DNA of 64,000 nucleotides from Trichosphaerium sp. ATCC 40318 (taxonomy: Eukaryota; Protista; Tubulinea): contig JALMLS010000329.1 of assembly GCA_038496445.1 (NCBI GenBank), positions 186,001-250,000 of the forward strand, read 5' to 3'. This document shows, in pieces, positions 28,901 to 40,890 of the stretch. A model generated the notes under the pieces. That model ran no database searches, was not told the DNA's origin, and saw only the letters and a program-made list of their open reading frames with translations. Position 1 is the stretch's first letter. Every line of letters begins with the position of its first letter. The translations under genes and the position numbers were made by a program.

Positions 28901-30728
28901 TGCTTCTTTTTTTGAGAATATTACATTTCAAGACCTCTAGCAACTTGCCATACTTATATAACTCATTTTAGTGGCGTAATGTCCTTGACCGAGGCCGTCA
29001 AAACCCTGAATTCTTCAAGGAACTAAACACATGTCGACAACTGGTAAACTTGCTCTATTTGAATGTTAGCAGCGCCAAGAGTCTTGGTACTTGTTATGTT
29101 ATACAACTGAAGCAAATTTGGGCTGATATGTTGCAACTTTATTCATTCTACAGTCAACAAATATCTGCAGTTGCTGCAAGCGGCAGTACGTCCTTTTATC
29201 GCCAATTTTTGTTGTTTTATCTTTAGTCATGAAACGTCTAATTCATTGAATCGATCTTATTTTGGTTATTAACTTTCCTTGTTAGATCCTAATATGCTCA
29301 AGAGTGAGCCTGTTAAGCTCATGCGTAGTGTAAAGCGTGCTTCTCTTACGTTAGTTGAAACATACGTAGCCGCTAGCACAGATACACAGACCATCGCCAC
29401 AGCTTTTGTAAATCCTCTTCTTGGTACTATTTTTTTGTTACTAACAATGCTTTTACTCACTTTTTCGGTCGTAGATGTCATACTCGTTGATTACAATACC
29501 GGTCATTACGATTCTAGAGATCCTGAAGTATTGTCTTTGACAGCAAAGATTATCGCTAAGCTCGGTGTACGCTTTTGTTTTTCTTGGTGTTTTTGTGATA
29601 ACCAACTAAATTTTTTTACAGAGTCATTCTATGGACAAATTACCAGCTATCTTTGGCAATCTGTTTAAATGTACATTGGATATGGTCACACACAACACAT
29701 CGGACTACCCAGACCATCGTGTACAATTTTTCAAGCTCATCAAATCCATCAACGACCACTGTTGTCAAAGTACGTCTGAACCATTTTTTTGTAATTTTTT
29801 GTTGACTTATCCGCTTAAATAGGTTTCTTCTCCTTCTCTCCACAGAAATTCAAGATGGTATTGGAGTCTATCCTTTGGTCTATGCGTGTATTGAGCCGAG
29901 ATGTGTCCGAGACAGGACTTATCACGCTTAAGGAATTGCTTGACAATGTCGACGCTGCTGGTGTAGCTAGCGCTTTTTACAGACAATATTTCCAGCGTAT
30001 ATTCAACGATATATTCACTGTACTCACAGATTCTCATCACAAAGAAGGTAACCGTCTTTATTTCTTTTTAACACGTGTTTCATGGTTTTTGACGTTTTTG
30101 TTTTTTTAGGGTTTGCTATTCAATGTCAAGTCCTTCGTAAGCTCTGTCATATGGTGGAGCTAGGACAACTTACTGAGCCTATTTACACACCAGATCAAGC
30201 ACAAGGTAAAACACCTCCAAATCAAGAATTCTTGAGGGTTTATGCTGCTAAGAATCTTGCTTCAGCATTTCCAAATCTTTCGCCGTACGTTTAATTTAAT
30301 TGTTGTTGATTATTTTTGGGTATTGGATTTATTGTTTGTTTACCTTCTTCTTTTTTAGGCCTCAAATACAAGAGTTTATTATGGGGATTATGGATCCTAG
30401 CAAGGATATCGATGCCTTTAAGGCTCACTGTCGCGATTTCCTTGTTAATATTAAAGAGTTCAGCGCTGGATCTGATGGAGATAATAGCGTGTTGTGGGCG
30501 AGTGATATTGCCGATAAAAAAGCTCAAGCTATGTACGTTCTTTTTTTTTTTTTTTTCGAATAATGTCACGTGACACGTTTATTTTATTGGATTTTTTTAA
30601 TTGACTTTTTGTGTAGCAAAGATAAATCACGTCTTGATATGACTATTCCTGGTATGATAGGACAAAATGATCCTCGATTGGAAGGTCAAATGGCAGCAGC
30701 AGGCCTACGGCCGCCTCAACAAATATAA
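25958..30728 (+). CDS. XPO1: Exportin-1 (CRM1)
   Basis: [129 protein letters not shown]; about 17 exons. Confidence 0.97.
26097..26109. promoter_or_regulatory. 3-unit heat shock element in XPO1 intron 1
   Basis: TTCTAGAAGCTTC. Confidence 0.4.
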
Positions 30729-31114
30729 ACTGCTTCTGTTTCTTTTATTGTACAAAGAATTTTTGCGTGTTATTAAACACGCCCATCTTGTCTTGGATAT
30801 ACCCAAACTGGTTTGTATGGTGGCAATGGAAGCGCTGGCGTTATTGTAGACTGTCTCTTTGTAAAAAAAAAAAAAAATAAACTGCCAATGGTTTTTGTTG
30901 ACTACTTGTCTTCATTTGGGAAGTGATTTTTTTTTGGGAACCAAAAATAAACGTCACAAGCCTGGTTGGAGAATAGTGAGCATTCTAAACAAATAATAAA
31001 AACTGTTTGCAATCTGAAATAGAGTGTCAAAAGTCAACCTCCGTCACTGTCTTTGCGAATTTCGGTGAATTATGCAAAATACATGATGTACTGCAATAAT
31101 TAACGATTGGCGTC

Positions 31115-31700
31115 ATGAGCAGGCGCAGCAACAACTTATTACCTTCAAAAACACCAGGTAACAAAACGCCGTGGCTACACGTCAGAAACGATGTGTTGGA
31201 GGCCAAACTTGATCTCAAACCGTTTACGCAAGCCTGTATGGATATTTTAATGGCTAAAGGCCCTAAAATCGTAAAGTAAGTGAATAAAAATCAAAACAAA
31301 CCCATTTTTAAACAGTTTTAGTTCAAACGCTCCGTCTGATATAAAAATCCGTGGTATTGATGAACTAGCAAGGCAGTGTCATTGTATTATTGGGAAATGG
31401 CTCATTTTTGTTCCACGTGGTAAAGTAGATGAAGCATGGAACATAATTTCAAATGACATTAGAAATGGTAGAATTGAATCAACAAGAGCCAAGGTTTCTG
31501 GATTTAAACCACATGGAAGAGATCATGTTATATGTATCTATACAAATGATTACTTGAATGTAAAGCAGGTTATGCGTGTAAGAGATCGATTGGATGACTT
31601 GGGATTCACACAAGAACTTACTTATAAACCTGATGTTTATACATATCTTGGTATTTATGCTAATACACCTGGTATGCATCCTGTACGCTATCGGCGTTGA
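31115..31700 (+). CDS. BLES03/UPF0696 (DUF1917, C11orf68-like) protein
   Basis: Two exons; GKWLIFVP...VDEAW...AKVS...HVICIYTND...LTYKPDVYTYLGIY; stop TGA ending 31700. Missed by the ORF track. Confidence 0.85.
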
Positions 31701-32006
31701 TGAAATACAATAAAAAGGGGGGTAACCGGGACTAGGAGGAGTTGATCAAGTTCAAACGGTACAATCAAGTGCTTGGAGTCTGTGTTTGTACTACTAGTTA
31801 TGAAGTGACTATGGAACTGTATTTACCTTAGTATAACTTTGTTCATACCCTACACCGTTGTAGAAGCTTGTAGACAGCTCTTAAGTAAGTGGAACGCATA
31901 CGGTGACCAAAAGTTATCTGGATATTCATCACCAATTCAATGATGTTAAATTGACATTCTTTTAATTTACAGCACCATATATTTGTTCATTTACCAGCAA
32001 ATGGTT

Positions 32007-33360
32007 TTATTTGTAATTTCTTAACAAAGTATTTACACATTTAATACAATCTGATTGTTTCTTCAGTGCCTCAAGCACAGGCTCTTTATCTTTAAAAAAC
32101 TGAAGAAAAGTCTGGAATTCCAGAGGCTTCAAACAATCAACTTTGTCAACGTCTACTCGGCCGGCTACATACATAAAACAATCTAAAAGCGACTCAGGAT
32201 CATCTCTGCCCATGTTAGCCAAAGTGTTAAACACGTAATTCAACACATCGGCTCTAGAGGCGCGAATATCGTCATTTTTAATTTCTTGGCAATAAAAACG
32301 AAGCATTAGCCACAACTACGCGAACAAGTCAGGAACACGTAAACAGGATGTCTACGCACGAGAATTTTAAATTGCTCTGTACTCCGATTGCCAAGTCCAG
32401 CAACCAATCTTGCAGATGCTGTGCATGCTGCTACAGCTATTGTATTATGTGGTGACCGAGATAGCATAGATAAAGCCTTACAAAAGAAGGTAGGAGGGCA
32501 AACCTTTTTAGCTAAGCCTACACCCATCCACAAGACTATCTCGCGCTCCTGTTAGTATTTTCAAGTGCGATTGTATTAGTCTCACCTGATACGGCAGTCG
32601 CTGAAGGAGATAGAAGCATGTACTTGGTGATGTATTGATACAAGAAATGTCTGAAGCGCTGCAAGTCTTTACCACAATCCGATGCGCTCTCTAGAGTCAG
32701 AGCGGACTACATTCCCATTAACTCGTCAAAAAAGTAGTATGATACGTACACGGAGCTAGGCATGTGTGAGCAATAAAGAAATAAAACGTGGCGTACGGCA
32801 TGGGTGAACAATTTGTTGTTGCTCAGACCAGATGTGATAAAAGTGATAATGGCATTGTTAAACAGCTTTTGACCACTGGACGCTGTACAGATATGCTGGA
32901 AAGCAAGGTGTACTCGCTTAGCCTCCCGGGTTTGTGGTACATCTCCTAGTGCTTGTTAAGATAATATATTAGTTGTAGTGTGTACGTATGAGTATTTCAG
33001 CTGCGGTAACTGCATCTTCAGCTGTTTGCACCTTCGCGTAAATTGTGCTCGTTACGCGTCAATATACTTGAGAAAATAGCTTACCAACATTGCATCCACG
33101 CCATTAGCTATAATGCTCTGAGGTGTTGCTATACATTTGATCACTTTTGAGAGCAATTGCGCTGCCTGGAGACCAAAGAACTCATGCGACAGTTGCAACA
33201 CTATTGATGCTCCAATAGTACCAGCACATGGTTGATCATGGTACTTGCTCCACAAGTCATCTAGCTCACAGTATGTGAATGTCTGAGACGGTAACGAATG
33301 GGTATGCAAATGAGCACTATGAATTGCTTGTAAATACACGGCTGCAGGTCTTGGAAGCAT
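32007..33360 (-). CDS. Hypothetical alpha-helical (ARM/HEAT-like) protein, multi-exon
   Basis: Exons joined by GT-AG introns keep an open frame; no family motif recognised. Confidence 0.5.
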
Positions 33361-33952
33361 GGCCAGGAAACATGAAAAGGACGTGTGACTATATTTGACG
33401 AAAAAATTATTTCACATAAGTAAGAAAAACAGATCTCAATCCAAACCTACTGTAAATGCGTTTAAAGGAAGTACCCTGTAGAAGACTACTTGAATGGGTG
33501 GTATCAAAAAAGTACGGTTCGCAGGTGGTTTCCAGAGACAATATTACATAAACGTTAGCGAGTGCAATGATATCTCCGTCTTCTTACCACATGAAAGCAA
33601 ATATATTGGTATCTCAAGTACTGGGTTTCTTTTACTTCTATTTCGGCCGTTGGTTCTCAAGCCTTTCGGCTAGGTCCAATTTATGTTGTTTGTGTTTGAT
33701 GTATTAGTTTCATTTTTTACCTTTCGAATAAATTAGAAGCTTAGCAGTAATAAAAAGTTTAATATCTACGCTTTAGTTGTTGACAGTGTGAGAATTACCC
33801 AAGGCAAATGATTTCAAATAAACTATAATACATTATGTACAAGAATGGGTAACCCATCAGTGGTGGATTCAGGGCTTTTAGGAAGGCGGAGGATACACAA
33901 AAAAAGGCGTCAGCGAAACCCCCGTCAAAAAGCCTGTGTCACGTGATTAAAC

Positions 33953-35234
33953 TCAATACTCAATATCATCTTCATCATCATCACTCATTATTATGTCATC
34001 GTCCTTATCATCTTCATCTACTAGAAATAAATGAGAAAAACAAAAAAAACCCCAGAAAAAAATTGGGTGTTTACCAGAAGAGTCTTCTTGCGGTTGAACA
34101 GCAGGTAGGTGGGTTGTATATAATTCTCCTTTACTCAAGTCCTCGATGTAAGGAAATTTCAACGACTTATTTACAAGCTGTTGTTGAGACCATAGCAATC
34201 TTTGTAATATTCTTTTGAGCTTTGGTTCTAAAAAAGGAATCAGTTTCATGTACATTAGAAATTCATTGACTTTAGTAGGAGCATTGCATAAAAAAAGAAA
34301 AAAAGAAAAAACTTGTTTCTTGTTTTGACGTGAATTCCACTTGCCTTCATCCTTGAATTCTGAATCTAATACTGCTCTATTAAGCATTGACGCTGTTTTT
34401 TGTCTTTGAGAATGTTGTAGCAAGTAAGCATCAGGAGATTGCTCCAAAGGATTTTCAAACGCTAAAAGAGCCATAGTTTTCTCTAACTCTTGCAAGAAAT
34501 CAGGCTACAAGAACAATCAGACGTTGTAAACGAAAAAAAAGTAAACATACGTCTAATTTAGCTCTCGTAGAAAGCTCTTGCTGCGCAAACATTAGCGCCC
34601 CAGGTACATCCCCAGAGCGAATTAATTCTATAAGCCGTTGCTTCTGTAAAGCGAAATAAAGCTCTGGTCGTGTGTCTAATACCTAAAATTAAATAAGTAA
34701 GGCACCACAGTGCGCCAACAAGAGGAAGGAACAACGCTTTGCGGGAGTTATTTGTTGAAAAGGGTGTAAGTGTAATTACAAAAAAATCTGTACCTGTGGG
34801 TCATATTTATTGACTCTGTCAATTGCATCATCTATTTTACCGCCGTGTACAGCCTTTTTAGATAGTTTAGTAACAGCCGGTTGTATCATTAAATATTTTA
34901 CCTTGCGAACTGCTGTTCGCGTATGCAGTGAGCCAAAGTTATCGTCCACTAAACGAGAGTTGTTGATAATCGCGGTTTAACAATTTTTTCGTACAATTCG
35001 TCCCAGATTCCGTTTTAAAGTGCTCCGCTGCCTCTTGATAGCCTTCTGTCACCAAATAGTCCAATACTAACTTGTTCATACATCTCAGCCCGTTAACGAA
35101 AACAAAAATGACAATATAATTACTTATGTAGGATACTGTTTATGATTTTGGCCTCGCAAAGCCCTTGTTTCTTCAAGTATCTCTTTCCACTCTGTAGTGT
35201 GTATAATACGTGAACGAGTACGGCTTCTAGACAT
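33953..35234 (-). CDS. GID8: GID8/TWA1-like LisH-CTLH-CRA protein
   Basis: MNKLVLDYLVTEGYQEAAEHFKTESG (LisH), GKIDDAIDRVN...LYFALQKQRLIELIR (CTLH), ELEKTMALLAF...QRQKTASMLNRAVL (CRA). Confidence 0.88.
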
Positions 35235-35525
35235 GGAGGATAATTAAAGAGCTCTTGCAGCCTGAGCGACGACGCGTAAAACGTTTTGTTAAAAAGACTT
35301 GTTGACTAAACAAGAAAAAAGGGTCAGCTACTATTTTGGCCCATAATATCGTTAAAATCTTCGACTTGAATTTTGTGCACGTGATACAGTTGGTTGTAAG
35401 TAAGATGCGAATTCATATAGGGTCAACGGATTGAAACAGTTGCAAGCATGTAGTGTCACTTGCAGTATTGAGGTATTCTTTGTTTTTTAGTTAACTTGAG
35501 CTTCAAGTTGAATCTCTGATTTATG

Positions 35526-36301
35526 TTACATTATTGTACAGCGTTTCTGTTGTTTTACTAATCTCTGTGGTTTCTTACTGGATTGTATTTGTTTTACAAG
35601 CTCAAGGTATGCCTCCTCAACATTCAATCGTGTTTTTGCTGAACTTTCAAAAAAAGTACAATTGTATAGTTTTGCTAATTCTTCTCCTTCCTTTGTGCTC
35701 ACTTGACGTTCTTGTTCCAAATCTAATTTATTGCCGACTAAAACCACACATCTGTCAGTGTTTTCCCCTCTAAACCTACGAGTATTACACATGGTCAACA
35801 ACAAGAAAAACTGACTGCAACAATAGTAATTTTTGTTTGATGATTTTTTAAGCACAAAAACGTACCTACAGACTCTATCATAGAAGTCTGGAATTTCTTC
35901 AAATGAATGGCGGTTTGTGTTGTGATTGAATATACAAACATATAACCATCACCCAACCTTACATTCTTGAACCGTAAGAAAAAAGTAAGTAAAAAAAATA
36001 TTTTCTGGTATTTGTTTTACATGGTCACGTGTTGCCCCGTTATCTTCCGAACCAGCTGTATCAAAAATATCCACAACCAATACTTGGTTGTTAATTGTAT
36101 AATTTTTACGATATCTAGGTGGTATGAGAGCTTATTTTCTGTGCGACAACTTAAATTGATGCTAAATTGTTTCATCGCGTACTTTTGTTCAATTGTAGGG
36201 TCGTATTCTGGCATAAACACGTTTTGGACGATCTGTATTGTAAGTGCTGATTTACCTACGCCAGATTCTCCCAACATCATCAATGTATGATCTGCCCACA
36301 T
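35526..36301 (-). pseudogene. Ras-family small GTPase with a 5-bp duplication frameshift
   Basis: [31 protein letters not shown] and CAAX CTIM; TTGTG tandem duplication at 35915-35924 breaks VYSIT/NRHSFEEI. Confidence 0.7.
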
Positions 36302-36388
36302 GTGAAGCTGTTAACTTTATTTTTGTCATAAATAAAGTTCACAACGTTTTAAGCCTCATTTGACTTTTGTAGAAACAGGCAAACATCC

Positions 36389-37801
36389 ATGTCTAACGTC
36401 TTATCAATGAGTTCCTTTGGTATTTCAGTTCAACAAGCTCTATTATACTATCGTAACAACCATTCGGACTCTTTTAGCACAATTACTTCAAACAAACACC
36501 AATCATTTATTTTGGAGCTTGAAAGTACTTTAAACACGTCAAATACTACTCTGGTTAAACAACTTGATGAATTACTACTGCACCATGTTGATGCGAACAC
36601 AAACAATCAACAATTGAGAACTGATCTTGACACGCTAAAACAGAAGCCTATAATCAAGTACGTTAGCCAATTTCATCAGTACTTTCAAACAAACATGACA
36701 AGTTTGAGTAGTTCGAAGAAATCGCTTCTTTTTGGCCTTTGTAAAACACGTGACTAATTTGATTAACTACTTTACAGAAAAAAGAGCGAAGCTGTGGTAG
36801 GTAAAGAATCTTGCCTGAATATTCTAGACCTGCCAGTTGAAGTTATTGCAGATATTCTACGTCATACAGAAACACGTGGAAAGTTCCATGTTGCTCAATC
36901 GTGTCATTTGATGGCTGATGTTATTCATGATATTGTTGGATATGACAAAATTGTGCTTGAAAGCGTTCAAGATATTTTAAAGATAAGACAGTACCATGGC
37001 ATCATGAACCACACTGAAATTGGAATAAGAGGCATGAAGGATCATACAATACATTCACTGTTGTTTGGCTGTAAATACATTGTAGAATATTCTAATAGCA
37101 GTGATAGTGATCTTAAAGTACTTGCTGGTGTTCATTCCATGTATCTTGGTTACAATGGGACAATTACAGATGAAGGTGTCACAGCACTCAAAGGTATTCA
37201 CACTATTGGTCTTGCTTGTACTTCAGTCACAGACAAAGGAATAAAAGCCCTTACCGGTGTTCATACTATTGACCTTGAAGAAACAATAGTAACTGATGAA
37301 GGAATCAAAGAATTAAAAGGTGTTCATGAAATCAACCTTGTTGATTGTGAAAATGTGACAGATGAGGGAGTCAAAGCGTTGAAAGGAGTTCATACCATTA
37401 TGCTTGCTGGTACTGGTGTTACAGACGACGGCATCAAAGCACTCGCAGGGGTTCATACGATTGATCTTTCTTTCACTGAAGTTACAGATGAAGGGATTAA
37501 AGCACTAAAAGGCGTACACACTATCAAACTTTGCTGTTGCCATAATGTGACAGATAAAGGGATTAAAGCATTACAAGGAGTTCATACTATTGACCTGGAT
37601 AGCGTTTCAGTTACAGATGATGGAATTAAAGCACTAAAAGGTGTTCATACAATTTACCTTGGCAACACTTCTGTTACTGAGGAAAGCATACAACTACTTG
37701 TACTTGAAGGTCTTCATACTATTTACAATGCTTCTATTGGAGAAAAATGTAAAGCCATGTTGATTGAAAACGGTGTAAAGGTTGAATCAAGTGTTTTTTA
37801 A
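36389..37801 (+). CDS. F-box protein with 22-aa 'VHTIDL' leucine-rich repeats (one intron, 36658-36777)
   Basis: ILDLPVEVIADILRH F-box; about 9 repeats of LKGVHTIxLxxTxVTDEGIKA; the intron joins the two ORFs in frame. Confidence 0.85.
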
Positions 37802-38228
37802 GTAAAAGTAGCATTATTTCAATATTGGAATTTGGTTTATTGTATCTGAATTTTCTTCCATAGTATCAATTCACCAGTAACACCAAAGTAATTAAAATGT
37901 AGTTTTTTATCTGTAATTCCATACCTAAGAGTTGCTTGGGAATCGAAAATGAGCTTATGTCAAATACAAGAAATATCACATGATCTTTTTGATTTGACAT
38001 TGTCGAACGTTCAAGGTACAAATTTTGAAAAGAACAGGTTTACCATTTTCAACATGGCGAGAAATAATACACATTGTATTTTTTTTTTGCATATACATGA
38101 CGAGCACCGTAGTTGTGAATTATGGAACAGTGATAAAAACAAAAATAGCAGAAACCTTGGCTCCTAATGATGTCTCATAAAATCTACACCAAAATAAAAG
38201 ATGTATTGCTCCTTTATTATACTCTATT

Positions 38229-40307
38229 CTAGTGCACATGGAGCACTGCTTCATGATCAAACGAGCTAGGCGGTGTAACCTTGTGAGTGCCGTTTTCTAA
38301 AGTACCAGCAGATACTTTTTTGCCTGTGGTAGGATCATACCACTCAGCTGAGAGTGCTGACGATACTTGAGATAGTGTGATACTAAAAGTCTCACTATTC
38401 GACGCAAAGACAATGTACTCCTTTCCAGTACTTTCAAGGCCATATAACGTATCACTTGAAGCGGAAGAAACCTAAAGAAGACATAAGAAAAAAAAGAAGT
38501 ACTATCTTTTCAGGTGATAATATTTTTCTTACAAAATTGTTGTTTGGTTCCATCTCCCAATACTTTACGTCCGAGAAAAATTCTTTAAGCAATTTACAGT
38601 ATGTGTATCCGGGAGTTTCATCCTATAAAGTTTCTGTTAGTGATGGTGTCGACAAAAACAATCAATCTCTTTTTTTTTTTTTTTTTTTTTGTACCATTGT
38701 TATTACATCCCAAGCAGTATCAGCGTAGTACCTAGTATTTTTTAACTTCCTTGATATTATTTAGTAAATACATACCAAGCACCATATCCACCGGCCATGT
38801 ACAGGGACCACATGACAGGAAGCATTACAATCGCAGGACTAATATTCGAATGAGAAAAAAAAAAGAAAGTTGGCCGAAACAAATATGTGCTCTACCTGTG
38901 TGGTCCATAAGTAGGGATAGGTCCTTCCTCGTACAAAAACTACATTTGATTAAACAACAAGGGCAATAGAGGTTTTAAAAAAACAATTTTAAACTCACTT
39001 CGACGTTGGTCACAGGAATGTCATGAGCTTTTCTTGACTCGATAATATTGTTGTAGTAATTCTTATGAACTTGTGCTGAAATAAAATCGCAATAATTGAA
39101 ATCAGGGCACTCAGTATGAGAAGTTATGAGCCTCTTATGAGCGTTGAGTTTTGAGAGTAAAGGTAATCTTGTTTCCCAGTACGAATTTTTCTGGTGGTAG
39201 GCTTCCTAGAACATAAATAAGCAAAACTCTTCAACTGCAATGTTATTGGTACCTTTGAAATATCGAAGATAACATTCGAGTAAGCTCCATAACGTGCTGC
39301 GACATAGCGCCAGAATAGATCATCCTGAGGACTATCATGAGCTGGCCAGTCAACAGCTTTGTTCCACACAGTAATCATCAAATGACAAATAGCATCATAC
39401 TTCTTGAGTGTCTCCATTACAACATCAAAGTGTTTAAAGTATGTTAGATCCATGCTATTATAATCAAGGTTTCCATTGTATCCCCATGGCGTAAGAGTCG
39501 TTGGTGAAACGCGAGGTGGTTCCTTGACTTTCGTTGCAAAACTAGAGTAGTTCGCATAGACGTTTACTAAGTATTGGTTGAACCCGTAAGATGACGTCAT
39601 TTTTACGAAACTGTCAAGCTCCACATTCGTTTTTACTCCTGGTAAACCAAGTGCCCAAAGCCAATCTGCTTCGTAAGCCATCATAAAGTAGCGAGTACCG
39701 TCTTCGTAGATGAAGTGATGTTTGTGATGTGGGTCAACAATGACGCCACCATGAGAAGATTCATTCTTTGGTGTACAAGTAATACTTCCTCTGTGACCGT
39801 TCAAAGAGGATTCGCTTGAGCTTGAAACCCAATCCCAAGTACCTTTTGAAACTATTAGCCGTTGTTGTACTCAAACAACTTGCCTTCAGTGTCGGGCGAG
39901 AATCTTACTTTCCATACATTGCGACCATCATAGAACGCTGTAACAACGGCCTTTGGGTAGCGAGATGTTGATAGAGATACAGAACTTTTCAAAGTAAAAG
40001 TCACTTCAACGTTCAACTGGAAGAAAAGTCAGAGTAATTTTTTTTTTGTGTCGTTTTATCACGTGAAAAAGATTTTTATACAGCTTTGTTTATAGATCGC
40101 CTGTGCGAAACGAATTCGGGTTTTTTTTGTCTAGTAACGGCAAAATTGTCGTAAATGTATTTTTTTAGGCAAAAAAACACGTGCCGTGAAGGGGTTTCCA
40201 GATGTAGTGCCGGAGAGAGGTAGTTCAAATATTTCAAACCGTTTTACACTCTGACAAGAAGTAACCACTAAGAGAGTAGCGATAATAACTATAAAACTGT
40301 GTATCAT
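38229..40307 (-). CDS. Secreted DUF5060-DUF4038 (apiosidase-like glycosidase) protein with a C-terminal beta-sandwich
   Basis: Signal peptide; FEIFEL...NPFT...FYDGRNVWKVRFSPDTEGTWDW; FIYEDGTRYF; YFKHFD; FWRYVAARYGAYSNVIFDISKE; C-terminal AEWYDPTTG. Confidence 0.8.
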
Positions 40308-40890
40308 GGCGACAGTTGATAGTTAACTTTGAAAAAGAGCAAGAAGTTTTGTGACCGAATTGATTGATGAAATTCTGATTGTATACATCAATATTTCTTT
40401 CAACGTCATAAAATGGAAACCCACGGCGTTTTCAAGATTCAGATGTGGCCAACCGACATTATAGTGTCATCGACAAGATAAATGACGTTTAGAGAGAAAC
40501 CTGAGCGTAGAGGTGGTCGTGGTCCGGTCCCGGCTAAGCCGGAAATAAAAATCTGTAGTCGGGTATGACGGCTAAGGACCTAGCAACAAAATCTGTATTC
40601 GGCTACCCTTTTCAAATGTGAGATTTTAAGTTCTACATACTCTCAATGGCTTTGAAATTCGTTTTATGTTGGATACATAGGTCCAAAGCCCAGTATCAAG
40701 CAAAAAGGTTGAGTTCTCTTAGCCGTTTAAGTTTTTGGGACCGGGCTAGAGCCGTTTAGCAACCTGATCGTTTGATTTCTACCTCTCTGCTGTGTCAGCC
40801 TGGTGTAGTGGACGTTAAACTCGTTGTAATATTCAAGGCTACATATATATTTACAAGGTTGACTATTTATTTTGTAGCTACAAAGGATAT

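Noticed and set aside
33858-33880. CAGTGGTGGATTCAGGG, resembling a DNA-transposon terminal inverted repeat
   Set aside because: No matching opposite end or target-site duplication found in the window.
35136-35163. Possible 28-nt GG-AG intron in GID8 that would give exact homologue spacing
   Set aside because: A canonical GTATCC donor gives an open frame with only four extra residues, and 28 nt is shorter than the other introns here.
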